56,517 bases of DNA from Verrucomicrobia bacterium UBA3750. GTDB taxonomy: Bacteria; Verrucomicrobiota; Kiritimatiellia; RFP12; UBA1067. Made by a program: the position numbers and the translations under genes. The stretch lies in the NCBI GenBank assembly GCA_002371755.1, contig DFGM01000142.1, positions 1-56,517 on the forward strand, in the 5' to 3' direction. Positions 25,330-34,765 of the stretch are shown here, piece after piece (positions within the stretch are counted from its first letter, which is position 1; the number at the start of each line of letters is the position of its first letter). Below the pieces are notes generated by a model, which saw only the letters and a list, made by a program, of their open reading frames with translations, made no database searches and had not been told where the DNA came from.

Positions 25330-26811
25330 ATGGCCGACACGGGAGAGGTAAACGTCAAGCTGAAGGTCACCGCCGAGACGGGCGGCGCGGCCAAGGTCAA
25401 AGCGGCCCTGGAATCGACCGGTGAAGCCGCGAAGAAGGCTGCCGACAAGACAAAGGGCTCCTTCGCACAAGTGCAGTCGACGATGTCCGGCGTCACTCGT
25501 GCGGCCGGCCTCTTTCAAAAGGCGCTTACAGGATTCGGCGTCGTCGGCGTCGTCACCACTCTTGCCGCCGCCATCGGGAAGATCCGGGACAGCTTCAAGG
25601 AGTCGACGAAAGAGGCGAAGGAGTTTGAAAAGGCGGCCGAGGCCAAGGCGGTGCAGGCGTCCGTCGACGCGCTCGCCGAAAGCTACCGCAAGCTGACCGA
25701 GGCGATCAGCGAGGCCAATGCAGCGCGCCGCCACGAACAGGAGCTTGACGACATCAAGCTGAAGAACAAGCGCGATGCGGAGGACGCCGCGTTGGATCTT
25801 GCAGAGCAGAAGGAACTCGCGGGCATCGACGCGAATGACCTGGCGGCCGCTGAAGCCCGCGCCGAGATCCAGGCGCGCTATCAGGCCGAGCGTAGCAAGC
25901 GCCAGGCCGAGCGCGCCAAGTTCGACGGCATCCGCGAACGCGAGTCGCTGCGCGGCGATGCGGCGGCCGGCCGCAAGGAAGCCGATGCAATCGACGCCTC
26001 GCTCAAGGAGGACGACGCGGCCATCGCCGCCGCCAGGCGTCGACTCGGCGAGAAGCGTGCGGCGAGCGTCAACGAAAACGACGACGACGATCAAGGCTTC
26101 TGGTCCAACTTCGCCTCGAACGTCCGCAAGATCGTCACGCTCAACTGGGGGAAGGTCGGCGACAGCCGCACCGAGGAAGGCAACGCGCGCCGCGCCGAGG
26201 CCAAACGGGAGGCCGAAGCGGAAGAGGAGCGGATCAAGTCGCTGGAAAAGAGCCGCGACGAAAAGGCCAAGCGGGCGGCAGAGCTGCGCACCGAGGCGGC
26301 GCGCAAGGAGGAAAAGGCGGAGGCGCTGGGCGGATCGGTCGAGGCGCAGGACCTGCGCATCGAGTCGACACGCCTTGCAAACCGGCAGGCAATCGCCGCC
26401 GCAGAGCGCGCAACCGACAAGAAGGACGCCGACACGGAGGCGGAAAAGGCGATGCTTGCCGACGCGGTGACGTCCCAGGAGATGCTCGCGCGCGAAAAGG
26501 CCGACATCCAATCGCGGCTGGCGGCGCTCCAGGCGCGCAAGGACGCGGCGGGCTTGTCCGTCTACCAGGCGCAGAACGCCTACGACGCGTCGCGCTTAAG
26601 CGGCAACCGCGCCGCGCAGCAGTCCGCCTTCGGCAACCTCCAGGCGGCCAAGGACGCCGCGCTGGAAGTCGACGCCGCCGTTGACGGAACGATCAAGGCG
26701 CTCAACGACACCTTGAAGAACATTGAAACGCGCCTTAAGGCGGCGCAAAGCTACATGGAAAGCCAGTCGAAGCAGACGCGCTTCGCCTGGTCGGAGCAGC
26801 CACCGGCATGA
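25330..26811 (+). CDS. tape measure protein
   Basis: 493 aa. Long Ala/Glu/Lys/Arg coiled coil with an N-terminal hydrophobic patch (GFGVVGVVTTLAAAIG). Confidence 0.7.
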   Translation: MADTGEVNVKLKVTAETGGAAKVKAALESTGEAAKKAADKTKGSFAQVQSTMSGVTRAAGLFQKALTGFGVVGVVTTLAAAIGKIRDSFKESTKEAKEFEKAAEAKAVQASVDALAESYRKLTEAISEANAARRHEQELDDIKLKNKRDAEDAALDLAEQKELAGIDANDLAAAEARAEIQARYQAERSKRQAERAKFDGIRERESLRGDAAAGRKEADAIDASLKEDDAAIAAARRRLGEKRAASVNENDDDDQGFWSNFASNVRKIVTLNWGKVGDSRTEEGNARRAEAKREAEAEEERIKSLEKSRDEKAKRAAELRTEAARKEEKAEALGGSVEAQDLRIESTRLANRQAIAAAERATDKKDADTEAEKAMLADAVTSQEMLAREKADIQSRLAALQARKDAAGLSVYQAQNAYDASRLSGNRAAQQSAFGNLQAAKDAALEVDAAVDGTIKALNDTLKNIETRLKAAQSYMESQSKQTRFAWSEQPPA

Positions 26812-28922
26812 CGGAAGCGGACTACACGGCAATCGCGGCGCGCGAGAACGCGGCCTTCGTCTTCTACCGCGTGCGCGGCGGAACAGAGACGCGATTTCTC
26901 CCGGAATCGCCGAAGCTGCATTTCGCCAGCCGCGATGCGGACACGCTTTCGGTCGGCGGCGCACCCACCGGTTTTTTCGCGCCCGGCGACGCCGTGCGCG
27001 TCGCATACCTCGGAACGACCGTCTTCCTCGGCACGCTTGCACGCTCGGGCGTCCGCCACGCGCGCGGCACGTCTGCAGCGCAGGAGGCCGTGTTCGAAGG
27101 CCCGTGGTCGACAATGGCACGGCTCGTCTACCGCCAGTACTGGAAAACCGAATCAAGCTATGAACTCTCCTCTCGCCTCATCCTCAACCAGCACCAGTCC
27201 GGCACGGCCCAAAACCTCAACAGCGAACTCGGGGAAATCCTCGCCCATGCGGCAGCCGCTTGTGGCTATCAAGTGGGTACCGTCTCGGTTTCGACGCAGC
27301 AGCTTCCGTTCGACGAATGCCGCGATATCACGGTTGCCGACGCAATCCGGCGCGAGCTGAGATTCTTCCCCCGCGCCGTCGTCCGCTTCGACTATTCTAC
27401 GCCTACGCCGATCGTCAGCATCGTCCGCGCGGCGAATGCGTCAGCCGACGCCGCCTATGTCCAGGGCATCCCCAAGACAGAGCGCGACATCGAATACGAC
27501 GAGCACCCGATCACCGGCGTCGACCTTGAGATCGAAACCGTCGGCGACGGCTACAGGACCATCAGCCACCAGCGCGCGGGAAACACCCTCGCTGGCAATC
27601 CCGATTGCCTCTACGCAACGCTGCGCCTCGCCGGCGCAAGCGGCAGCACGGTGACGCAAAGCTTTGACTCGGTGACCGAGGACATTCCAGCCAGCCTGAA
27701 CGACGTTGCCTGGTGGCGCGCAAAACATGCGCGGCTCCAGAATGTGGCGGCAAGCGCGATCACGATCACGGATGGCGCGCGCAGCGGCACCACCGATCTG
27801 GGCGTCTTCGCGCGCATCAGCGCCAATACGGCGGGCGAACTCGATGCGGCGGGGCTCCGGTACCGAGTCGAAGAGTTCACCTGCAAGGCGACGATCGATG
27901 ACGGCGACACGAAGGAAGAAGGCGTGCTCCTGTCGGTCAAATTCCTGACGACGAACGCGACCGGCACGGCGCAATCGCCGCGCCGGTACTCGTGGGTCGT
28001 TTCGTCGGAATCGACGGCCGGCGAGACGGTGCCGTCCGGCCTTGCCGCCGCCATCCTCGCCGACCGCGCCGGACGGCTGCGCGCCGAACGCATGACCGTC
28101 CGCCTGGGCGACGCGCTGCCGCAGCTGGGCGACGCCTGCGACGGGCTTTTCCTGCAGCAGTTCGACGTCGACTGCGACGCGCTCACCGCCCAGCTGAAGT
28201 TCGGCTCGCCGGAATTCCTGTCGCCCGAGGACATGGCCGGTCTGCTCTCCGGCTTCAGGAACAGGGCCCGGCCGACGACGGCGTTCTCGCGCTACACGGG
28301 CAAGCCGGAGGACGACAACCAGGGCAAGGTCGAGCTCGGCGGCATCCCGCCGCTGGAGGCGACCGAATGGGCGCCCGGCAGCACGGCGAAGCAGACGTTC
28401 CGCGCGGCGTCCGGATCCTCCTGCGGCACGGCGGTCATCGATTCGTCAGCCATCCCCGCCGGCAAGACGATCGCCGTCAAGACGCTCACGGTCAAGGGTG
28501 CGGGCGAGAACGGCACCGACCTGACGTTCAAGGTCCTGGCCGACGCAGACGTCGAGATCCCGGAAGGCGGCGCCACGCTCGACAAGGAGTTCCAGCTGTC
28601 CGGCGTGAAGGTCGCCGACATCGCCGCGAGCGCAAACATCAACGTCACGCAGAAGACGATCACGGGTGACACGGCTTCCGGCATCGTGGTGACGGAAGCG
28701 AACGGCGTCATCACTATCAGCTTCAACGGCGGCGCGGGCGGCACGACCGGCTACACGGGCACACGCTACACGCTCAAGGAATCCCGCTACGATGCGGAGG
28801 CGCACAAGCTCCAGATGAAGCGCTACACGGAGACGTGGACTGACGGCGTGATGACGGACTCCGTTGAAGGCAGCTGGGAAGACTTCAGCGCGGGCGCGCT
28901 GGCGGTACAGGAGACGGTGTAA
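26808..28922 (+). CDS. distal tail / tail tip (hub) protein
   Basis: 704 aa. Overlaps the tape measure stop (ATGA). Confidence 0.55.
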   Translation: MTEADYTAIAARENAAFVFYRVRGGTETRFLPESPKLHFASRDADTLSVGGAPTGFFAPGDAVRVAYLGTTVFLGTLARSGVRHARGTSAAQEAVFEGPWSTMARLVYRQYWKTESSYELSSRLILNQHQSGTAQNLNSELGEILAHAAAACGYQVGTVSVSTQQLPFDECRDITVADAIRRELRFFPRAVVRFDYSTPTPIVSIVRAANASADAAYVQGIPKTERDIEYDEHPITGVDLEIETVGDGYRTISHQRAGNTLAGNPDCLYATLRLAGASGSTVTQSFDSVTEDIPASLNDVAWWRAKHARLQNVAASAITITDGARSGTTDLGVFARISANTAGELDAAGLRYRVEEFTCKATIDDGDTKEEGVLLSVKFLTTNATGTAQSPRRYSWVVSSESTAGETVPSGLAAAILADRAGRLRAERMTVRLGDALPQLGDACDGLFLQQFDVDCDALTAQLKFGSPEFLSPEDMAGLLSGFRNRARPTTAFSRYTGKPEDDNQGKVELGGIPPLEATEWAPGSTAKQTFRAASGSSCGTAVIDSSAIPAGKTIAVKTLTVKGAGENGTDLTFKVLADADVEIPEGGATLDKEFQLSGVKVADIAASANINVTQKTITGDTASGIVVTEANGVITISFNGGAGGTTGYTGTRYTLKESRYDAEAHKLQMKRYTETWTDGVMTDSVEGSWEDFSAGALAVQETV

Positions 28923-29413
28923 TGGCGAACGAAGGCAAGCTAATCTATAGGTCCGGCAGTGGCGCGGACGCTGGGAAGCTCTGCTACAAGGCAAGTGGAG
29001 CGGATGCCGGGAAGCTATGCTACAAGGCCGCGCCAATCGGCGACATCTCGCTTGAGATTGCATTTTCGCCGCTAACGTGGGTCTGCTACACCTATGATGC
29101 GCAACATGACGGCATACTTGTCGTCAGGACGCTGTGGGATGGTGAAACCTACACGATCTCGTCTTCGCCCTTCACAATTGCGATCCCTACATCTTATTGC
29201 AAGGGCGGCACAACATCCCTCCAGCTGACTATCGCCACATCCGATGTCTGCACCGCCCATGAAGATCCGGGAGTCAAAGCTGCTTTTGCCGCGACCCAGA
29301 ATGGGAAAACCACCGTGTCGTCGTTTGTTGCCTCTCCGCTCGGGCAGAATGGCGTGTCAAAAACAATCACAATCTCGCTATCAAATGGACTTGTTAGCGC
29401 CATAACGGAATAG
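28922..29413 (+). CDS. hypothetical tail-associated protein with 12-aa tandem duplication
   Basis: 163 aa. SGADAGKLCYKA occurs twice near the N-terminus. Confidence 0.55.
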   Translation: MANEGKLIYRSGSGADAGKLCYKASGADAGKLCYKAAPIGDISLEIAFSPLTWVCYTYDAQHDGILVVRTLWDGETYTISSSPFTIAIPTSYCKGGTTSLQLTIATSDVCTAHEDPGVKAAFAATQNGKTTVSSFVASPLGQNGVSKTITISLSNGLVSAITE

Positions 29414-29425
29414 GGGTTGTTTGCG

Positions 29426-30730
29426 ATGACAAATGTTTCAGGACGTTATTTTCGCGTCAACCGTGCGCAAAGCGTCAGCGGTGATTTCCTCTATGTCCCG
29501 CCGCAGACGGTCGGACCAGAGAGCTGGAGCGGTCTCGACTACAGCTATCCGTGGAGTTATGGCGGCAAGTCCGGATCGATTCCGAGCAACGGGCAGACCG
29601 GCAACACTACGGCCACTCAGTCCTACTTGTCTATATCGTTCGATGCTCCGGCGACATTGACGGTCAACGGCGTCAAATACGGATTCCTCTGCCATGCGCG
29701 CATCCGGGAGTCAACGAACGCTGCGGCCTACTCAATCGATCGCTCGACGGTGACGACAATCCCGTATGAGCGGCTTGGCCATTATTACTTCTATACGTCG
29801 ATCTATTACAAGCTTGCCCAATACACAGTCACCGTCAAGGCATCGCCCTCCTATGGCGGCACTGTCATGGGCGGCGCGACTGTTTACGAGGGTGATACAG
29901 TCACGGTCAATGCCACGCCTGCAACACATTTTGCTTTCTCGCATTGGCAAACTACCGGCGGAACTACGGTGTCGACGGCGGCATCGTACACTTTTACGCC
30001 GACGGCAAGCGTGACGCTCGTTGCAGTCTTCACGTCGACCGAATCAATCGTCGCGTTCGACGCAACTGGCGGGTCAGCGTCGCCGGCATTCGCAACTGCA
30101 TATTTCGGCGATGCCTACGGCACGCTGCCGACGCCTACGCGTAGCGGTTACACGTTTGCCGGGTGGTGGACGGCGGCGAGTGGCGGAACGCAAGTGACGG
30201 CCAGCACGGTTGTCACGGCAACAGCCGACCACACGCTCTACGCCCATTGGACGACGGATTCTGTTACGACGACACTTACATTCGACGCAGCTGGCGGTAC
30301 GGTTTCGCCGTCGTCCAAACAGGTGACGAGCGGGTCGACATACGGCACGCTCCCGACGCCGACGCGCAGCGGCTACATCTTCGCCGGTTGGTACACGCGG
30401 GCAACCGGCGGCGACGCGGTGACGGCGGCGACGGTGGCGGGCGACGAGGACGCGACAATCTACGCGCACTGGACGGGCGAGAGCCTGACGATCACCTTCA
30501 ACGCCAACGGCGGAACGGTGACTGAGACGACGCGGACGGTCGAGCGCGGCCATCAGTACAGGCGGCTGCCGTTCCCGACGAGGAGCGGGTACGCGTTCGA
30601 CGGGTGGTTCACGGCGGCGACGGGCGGCACGCAGGTGACGGCGGGCGGCTACCCAAGTGCATCGATTACGCTCTACGCGCACTGGACGGCGGGCGGCGGC
30701 GTGCCGTGGTTTGTCGTGTCAACATTCTGA
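29426..30730 (+). CDS. tail fibre/receptor-binding candidate carrying InlB B-repeat (Flg_new) domains
   Basis: Three tandem ~70-aa repeats (TRSGYTFAGWWTAASGGTQV...LYAHWT; TRSGYIFAGWYTRATGG...IYAHWT; TRSGYAFDGWFTAATGG...LYAHWT) plus a divergent copy (FAFSHWQTTGG). Start set at ATG 29426; the tracked start at 29417 is TTG. Confidence 0.7.
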   Translation: MTNVSGRYFRVNRAQSVSGDFLYVPPQTVGPESWSGLDYSYPWSYGGKSGSIPSNGQTGNTTATQSYLSISFDAPATLTVNGVKYGFLCHARIRESTNAAAYSIDRSTVTTIPYERLGHYYFYTSIYYKLAQYTVTVKASPSYGGTVMGGATVYEGDTVTVNATPATHFAFSHWQTTGGTTVSTAASYTFTPTASVTLVAVFTSTESIVAFDATGGSASPAFATAYFGDAYGTLPTPTRSGYTFAGWWTAASGGTQVTASTVVTATADHTLYAHWTTDSVTTTLTFDAAGGTVSPSSKQVTSGSTYGTLPTPTRSGYIFAGWYTRATGGDAVTAATVAGDEDATIYAHWTGESLTITFNANGGTVTETTRTVERGHQYRRLPFPTRSGYAFDGWFTAATGGTQVTAGGYPSASITLYAHWTAGGGVPWFVVSTF

Positions 30731-30749
30731 ACACAGGAAAGGAACAAAA

Positions 30750-31958
30750 ATGAAAATACCGATACTCGCACTCACCCTCGCGCCGCTCGCGGCCCTCGCC
30801 ATCGAGCGCCCGCTGCACTGGACCTCCGACATCTCGCGCGTGGCCGACATGCGCTTCGACGCGATGCACGGCGACGCCTTGGACTTCAAGGTGGATTTCA
30901 ACGCCCTTGGAAAGCCCGTTGACCTGTCCGGCCTCGACGCCACGCTCTATTGGCAGACAAACGGCATGGGCTCGGCCTGGTGGTCGGCCCCTGGCGCGAT
31001 CTCTAATTCCACCGCCCGCGCGCTGTTCCCGTCGTCGGCCGATCCGGGCGACAAGACGCTCAACTTCTACCTGGCTCTTTCAGGCGGCAGCAACGTCGTC
31101 TACGGCGCGAGCGCACGCGTCACCTTCAGGAACTCGCCGGGACTGTCGCCAAACATGATCGCGCCGCCCATTGTCACGATCGACTTCAACGCGATCGAAG
31201 TGCTCAACGCACCGTGGCCCGACGAAGCCGACATCGCCGCCGACATACCACCGGCCATCTCAAACATCGTGACGAAAGCTTACGTCGAGGATCTTGGCAT
31301 TGCGACGAAAGCCGATGTCAACACATTGAACGCAAAGGATTTGGAACTTCAACAGCATTTAGAAATTGATAGCGAAATCAACGACCAGCAGTTTATCCAA
31401 ATCAACAGAGATTTGGCCGAAATAAACAGCGACTTGAGCGAAATTACCCCATGTTTCCCAGCCGATGGAACGCCGACAGAAGGGAGTCGCGAAAAAGTAG
31501 TGACGAGCCACGGCGTCAGAAGGGCTATTGACGACGCCAAAGCCGCAACCATCGCCGCCGTCGCGGCTGCGTACAAACCCAAGCAGGACGCCAAGACAAG
31601 CCCTTCCGCCGCGACCACCGAGGCGTACCAATTTATCGATACGGTCTCCCAGGACACCAACGGCGTAATCACAGCCACGAAAAAGACGATGCGCAAGGCG
31701 ACCACAGCCGCGCCAGGAATGGTGCAACTCAATGACAACATCGACTCCACGCGCACCGACCACGCCGCCACCGCCAATGCCGTCCGCAAAGTCGCCGAAA
31801 GCGTCACCTCCGCCACCAACTCCCTCGACACCGCGCTCCGCGAATGGGCCGACGGGGAAATCACCATCCGACTCGGTTCGACAAACGCTTTTATCAGCGT
31901 ATCGAACGGCGTGCAGCGCATCTACGAGGTGGACGGCACAAACAAAACCCTCAGGTGA
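30750..31958 (+). CDS. tail fibre protein
   Basis: 402 aa from MKIPILALTL. Motifs KVVTSHGVRRAID and APGMVQLNDNIDSTRTDHAATANAVRKV resemble the phage tail-fibre repeat (G.v.la...e......avtp..l). Confidence 0.65.
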   Translation: MKIPILALTLAPLAALAIERPLHWTSDISRVADMRFDAMHGDALDFKVDFNALGKPVDLSGLDATLYWQTNGMGSAWWSAPGAISNSTARALFPSSADPGDKTLNFYLALSGGSNVVYGASARVTFRNSPGLSPNMIAPPIVTIDFNAIEVLNAPWPDEADIAADIPPAISNIVTKAYVEDLGIATKADVNTLNAKDLELQQHLEIDSEINDQQFIQINRDLAEINSDLSEITPCFPADGTPTEGSREKVVTSHGVRRAIDDAKAATIAAVAAAYKPKQDAKTSPSAATTEAYQFIDTVSQDTNGVITATKKTMRKATTAAPGMVQLNDNIDSTRTDHAATANAVRKVAESVTSATNSLDTALREWADGEITIRLGSTNAFISVSNGVQRIYEVDGTNKTLR

Positions 31959-31967
31959 GAATGGAAC

Positions 31968-32678
31968 ATGAACTTTGCCGCGATATCGAACACGGTGAAC
32001 CGGCTCGTCACGGACATGCTGCGGAAGAAAGAGGATTCGAGCGACTGGTCCGATTGGTCCGCCAATGGCGCGCCCAATCCCTTCCCCGGCGCGGTGAATC
32101 TCAACAAGTCGCTATACATTTCCGGCACGAACGTGACGTGGGAAGCGAGCAACGGCTTCTACGCAATGACCGGCCACATGCCGGTTGGCGCATCGGGCAC
32201 CGCCTCTCAATTCCGCATCGGGCCGGACGTCGACGACTGGTTTGGCATGGAAGTGACGGCGGCTTACCTCGTCGATGCGACGGTCGGATCGTTCTCGCGC
32301 GACAACGCCGGCAACACCTCCACGCTTTCGACGCCCTACGACTCCACCTATCCCGGCAATCCGCCGAAGCTCTACTTTTCCGTGTCCCTTGCGGAGCCGT
32401 TCGCGGAGCTGACGAGCGGTATCACATGGACGCACGATCCGGGCGCCGGCACGTCCACTGTGGTCGCGACGGGTCAGACGGCCGGGAGCGGCTTCTACTT
32501 CCTGAAGAAAGAGGAAGCGGGCGGCGCGATTTTCCGCAGCACGATGCCAATTCTGCCGGAAGGGTATCGCGTAGAAGATGAATCCGGCAACTATGTGGGC
32601 ACGTTGCAGCCGGATTCGATTATCAGCGTCACGCAAGGCGGGAAGAATTACATTCTATTCGCGCAGGAGGTAAAATGA
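31968..32678 (+). CDS. hypothetical tail fibre-distal protein
   Basis: 236 aa. Follows the fibre gene. No motif recognised. Confidence 0.55.
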   Translation: MNFAAISNTVNRLVTDMLRKKEDSSDWSDWSANGAPNPFPGAVNLNKSLYISGTNVTWEASNGFYAMTGHMPVGASGTASQFRIGPDVDDWFGMEVTAAYLVDATVGSFSRDNAGNTSTLSTPYDSTYPGNPPKLYFSVSLAEPFAELTSGITWTHDPGAGTSTVVATGQTAGSGFYFLKKEEAGGAIFRSTMPILPEGYRVEDESGNYVGTLQPDSIISVTQGGKNYILFAQEVK

Positions 32679-32878
32679 TGATAAAAATGCGACCAGGGCT
32701 AGTATTGCTGGCAATCGGAGCGACCATCTACGGCGGCACCAAGCCGCCCGGGCCGACACCGCCTCCAAAGCCATCCGAAGAGCTTGTCATCATCGTCTAC
32801 CCGATTCAGGACGGCATGTATTCCACTCGTTATCTCACCATTGATAAGGAAGAAGCAGATGAACTTCGCAGTCATTAA
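32675..32878 (+). CDS. small signal-anchored Pro-rich protein
   Basis: 67 aa. AGGAGG RBS. The hydrophobic segment LVLLAIGATIYGG is followed by PPGPTPPPKP. Confidence 0.5.
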   Translation: MMIKMRPGLVLLAIGATIYGGTKPPGPTPPPKPSEELVIIVYPIQDGMYSTRYLTIDKEEADELRSH

Positions 32879-33362
32879 GAACGGTTTATTCATTGTGCTG
32901 GCGGTCACAAGTCTGGCTGGACACGCATTCACACGAGTGCGGCGCGTCACGGAGCTCAAAGAGCAAGACCCTGCAGCCATAATTGCACGCGCACCGGAAT
33001 CCGCGCAAGTCACGCTGCCGGTGAGGTATTATCGCGGGCAGGAGGCGGAGATAGGCTCGCTTGAGAGCATCACAAACGCCCTCACGCTTGGGCAGCTCAT
33101 GCTGCAGCGAGAGCTGCGCGAGGCCGGAGCTCTATACACCATAGCGACCAACGATCTTGCGAGCGCCAGGAGCGAGCGCGACTGGTATCATGCGGAATAC
33201 GACCGCGCCTCGGCGGCTGCCGCTGCGGCGGAGGCACGGGCGGCGAGGCTCGATGCGCTACGCGAGTGGCTTATCGCGCGGCGCGATGCAGTGCCGCTCT
33301 CCCCAACAAAGGTCATCTACCAGGACATCATCGACAGGATTGACAATTATGGAAATCAGTAA
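32859..33362 (+). CDS. N-terminally anchored coiled-coil protein (spanin-like architecture)
   Basis: 167 aa from MNFAVIKNGLFIVLAVTSLAG, followed by Ala/Arg/Glu-rich helices. Confidence 0.5.
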   Translation: MNFAVIKNGLFIVLAVTSLAGHAFTRVRRVTELKEQDPAAIIARAPESAQVTLPVRYYRGQEAEIGSLESITNALTLGQLMLQRELREAGALYTIATNDLASARSERDWYHAEYDRASAAAAAAEARAARLDALREWLIARRDAVPLSPTKVIYQDIIDRIDNYGNQ

Positions 33363-33540
33363 AATCGTTGCTTCCGATCTTGACAGCACGCAATGGAACG
33401 CGATCCAGGCGGCGCGCGCCGCAGCCGTGGAAGAGGCCAAGGCAGCGGGCAAGCCGTCCAAAGCGGCCGCCATCTACCGCAAGCGCGCCGCCGCCATCAC
33501 CAACAAGACCGAGACCGTCACCGTCGAAGCGAACAAGTAA
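33349..33540 (+). CDS. hypothetical small protein
   Basis: 63 aa from MEISKIVASD. Overlaps the end of the upstream gene. Confidence 0.4.
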   Translation: MEISKIVASDLDSTQWNAIQAARAAAVEEAKAAGKPSKAAAIYRKRAAAITNKTETVTVEANK

Positions 33541-33556
33541 GACAGTAGGTGCAAAC

Positions 33557-34765
33557 ATGACACCGGAAGAAGTCATCCTCCGCAAATCTCTTGTCCTTCA
33601 AGGCGAGATGTCCGCCGCCGATTGGGAGGTCGTGTCGGCTGCCATCAAGGACCGGGCCTTCTTCTCTTCGCGTGTCGCATCTGCAAACTTCCTGGACATC
33701 TGCCAATCGAAGCTGGCCGACCTCCTTTCTGGCGCGCGAAATTCAGACGGAGCAGTCACCTCCCGTGCAGAAGCCGTTTCGGCTATCATGCAGGCCGCCC
33801 GCGCTGAGGGCATCGCACAGGGGACAGACCGGCTCTCTGATCCGGGGTCTGCCGCACGTGCCAACGTCATCGTCGACACGAACGCCGCGCTTGCGGCTGG
33901 CTACGTCCGCGCCGAGGTCGGCAACACTTACGGCGCCCGGCTTGCGTTCCCAGCGCAGGAACTCGTTCGCGTGGAGGCGCGCGAAAAGCCGCGCGACTGG
34001 AGGAGAATTTGGACGGAGCACGGCGGCCGACTCTACACAGGGCGCATGGTCGCCCTCAAGGGCGATCCGGTCTGGCTGGCGATTTCGCGCTTCGGCGTCC
34101 CCTATCCGCCGTTCGACTTCAACTCCGGCATGGGCGTCGAGGACGTGTCCTTCGACGAGGCCGTGGAGCTGGGCGTAATCCCGCAGGGCTACCAGCCGCC
34201 GGAATCCTCGCCGATCAAGGAGTTCAACGATGGACTGGAATCAGCACTGAATGTGTCCGGGCCGGAAAGCCCGCGGCTCAAAGAGCTTCAGTCTGTGTTT
34301 GGCGAACAGATACAGTTCAACCACCATACGAAAAGCGTCTACTTCGACGGCGCGATGATCCACAACGTCATACGTCAGATTCGTGCAGATATTTCGAATG
34401 GCGCGAACACGACTTCTGTCAAGGCCAAGCCGTCCGTCGGCACGGCGTCGGGCCTCTTTCGCAAGACCGTCGGCGCGCTTCCAAAGCCGGATGCCGCGCT
34501 CAAGCTTTCGCCGTCAAACCTTCTGCATGTTCTCCAAGACCATGTCGGCGTCGACAAGGATTCACGCAACATCCCGCTCACGGATCGCGAGCTGGGGCTT
34601 GTCGGCCATGTCTGGCGAAATCCCGATTCCGTCGAGGCGGCGAAGGATGGCGGCTGGCTGCTTACGAAGCGTGCGGCGGACGGCAACTTGTATCGCCTCG
34701 TCATCTCGGTCGAGCCAAACGGCGGGCTGGTGTTCCATACCTTCTACAAGGAGAAACAAAAGTAG
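33557..34765 (+). CDS. MuF/SPP1 gp7-like head morphogenesis protein with PBECR-like C-terminal extension
   Basis: 402 aa. MuF-like core (ARANVIVDTNAALAAGYVRAE...EHGGRLYTGRMVALKGDPVW...PYPPFDFNSGMGV). The C-terminal ~90 aa (LLHVLQDHVGVDKDSRNIPLTDRELGLVGHVWRNPDSVEAAKDGGWLLTKRAADGNLYRLVISVEPNGGLVFHTFY) matches the pattern of phage-Barnase-EndoU-ColicinE5/D-RelE-like domains. Confidence 0.65.
   Translation: MTPEEVILRKSLVLQGEMSAADWEVVSAAIKDRAFFSSRVASANFLDICQSKLADLLSGARNSDGAVTSRAEAVSAIMQAARAEGIAQGTDRLSDPGSAARANVIVDTNAALAAGYVRAEVGNTYGARLAFPAQELVRVEAREKPRDWRRIWTEHGGRLYTGRMVALKGDPVWLAISRFGVPYPPFDFNSGMGVEDVSFDEAVELGVIPQGYQPPESSPIKEFNDGLESALNVSGPESPRLKELQSVFGEQIQFNHHTKSVYFDGAMIHNVIRQIRADISNGANTTSVKAKPSVGTASGLFRKTVGALPKPDAALKLSPSNLLHVLQDHVGVDKDSRNIPLTDRELGLVGHVWRNPDSVEAAKDGGWLLTKRAADGNLYRLVISVEPNGGLVFHTFYKEKQK

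Noticed and set aside
24967-26511. Very long antisense ORFs in the GC-rich part. Examples: 24967..26511(-) 514 aa, 9987..11540(+) 517 aa, 7085..8407(+) 440 aa, 3807..5123(-) 438 aa, 19444..20628(-), 20613..21626(-), 21998..23119(-), 35759..36835(-).
   Set aside because: Each lies opposite a gene with clear motifs (tape measure, transposase, MuB-like, ketosynthase, portal, protease, capsid, nadC). Their translations are Arg/Ala/Gly/Pro-rich and low in complexity. This is the expected stop-codon-poor shadow of high-GC coding DNA.
29426-32678. Diversity-generating retroelement acting on the repeat-containing fibre genes.
   Set aside because: No reverse transcriptase ORF and no template/variable repeat pair with adenine-specific differences was found anywhere in the prophage.
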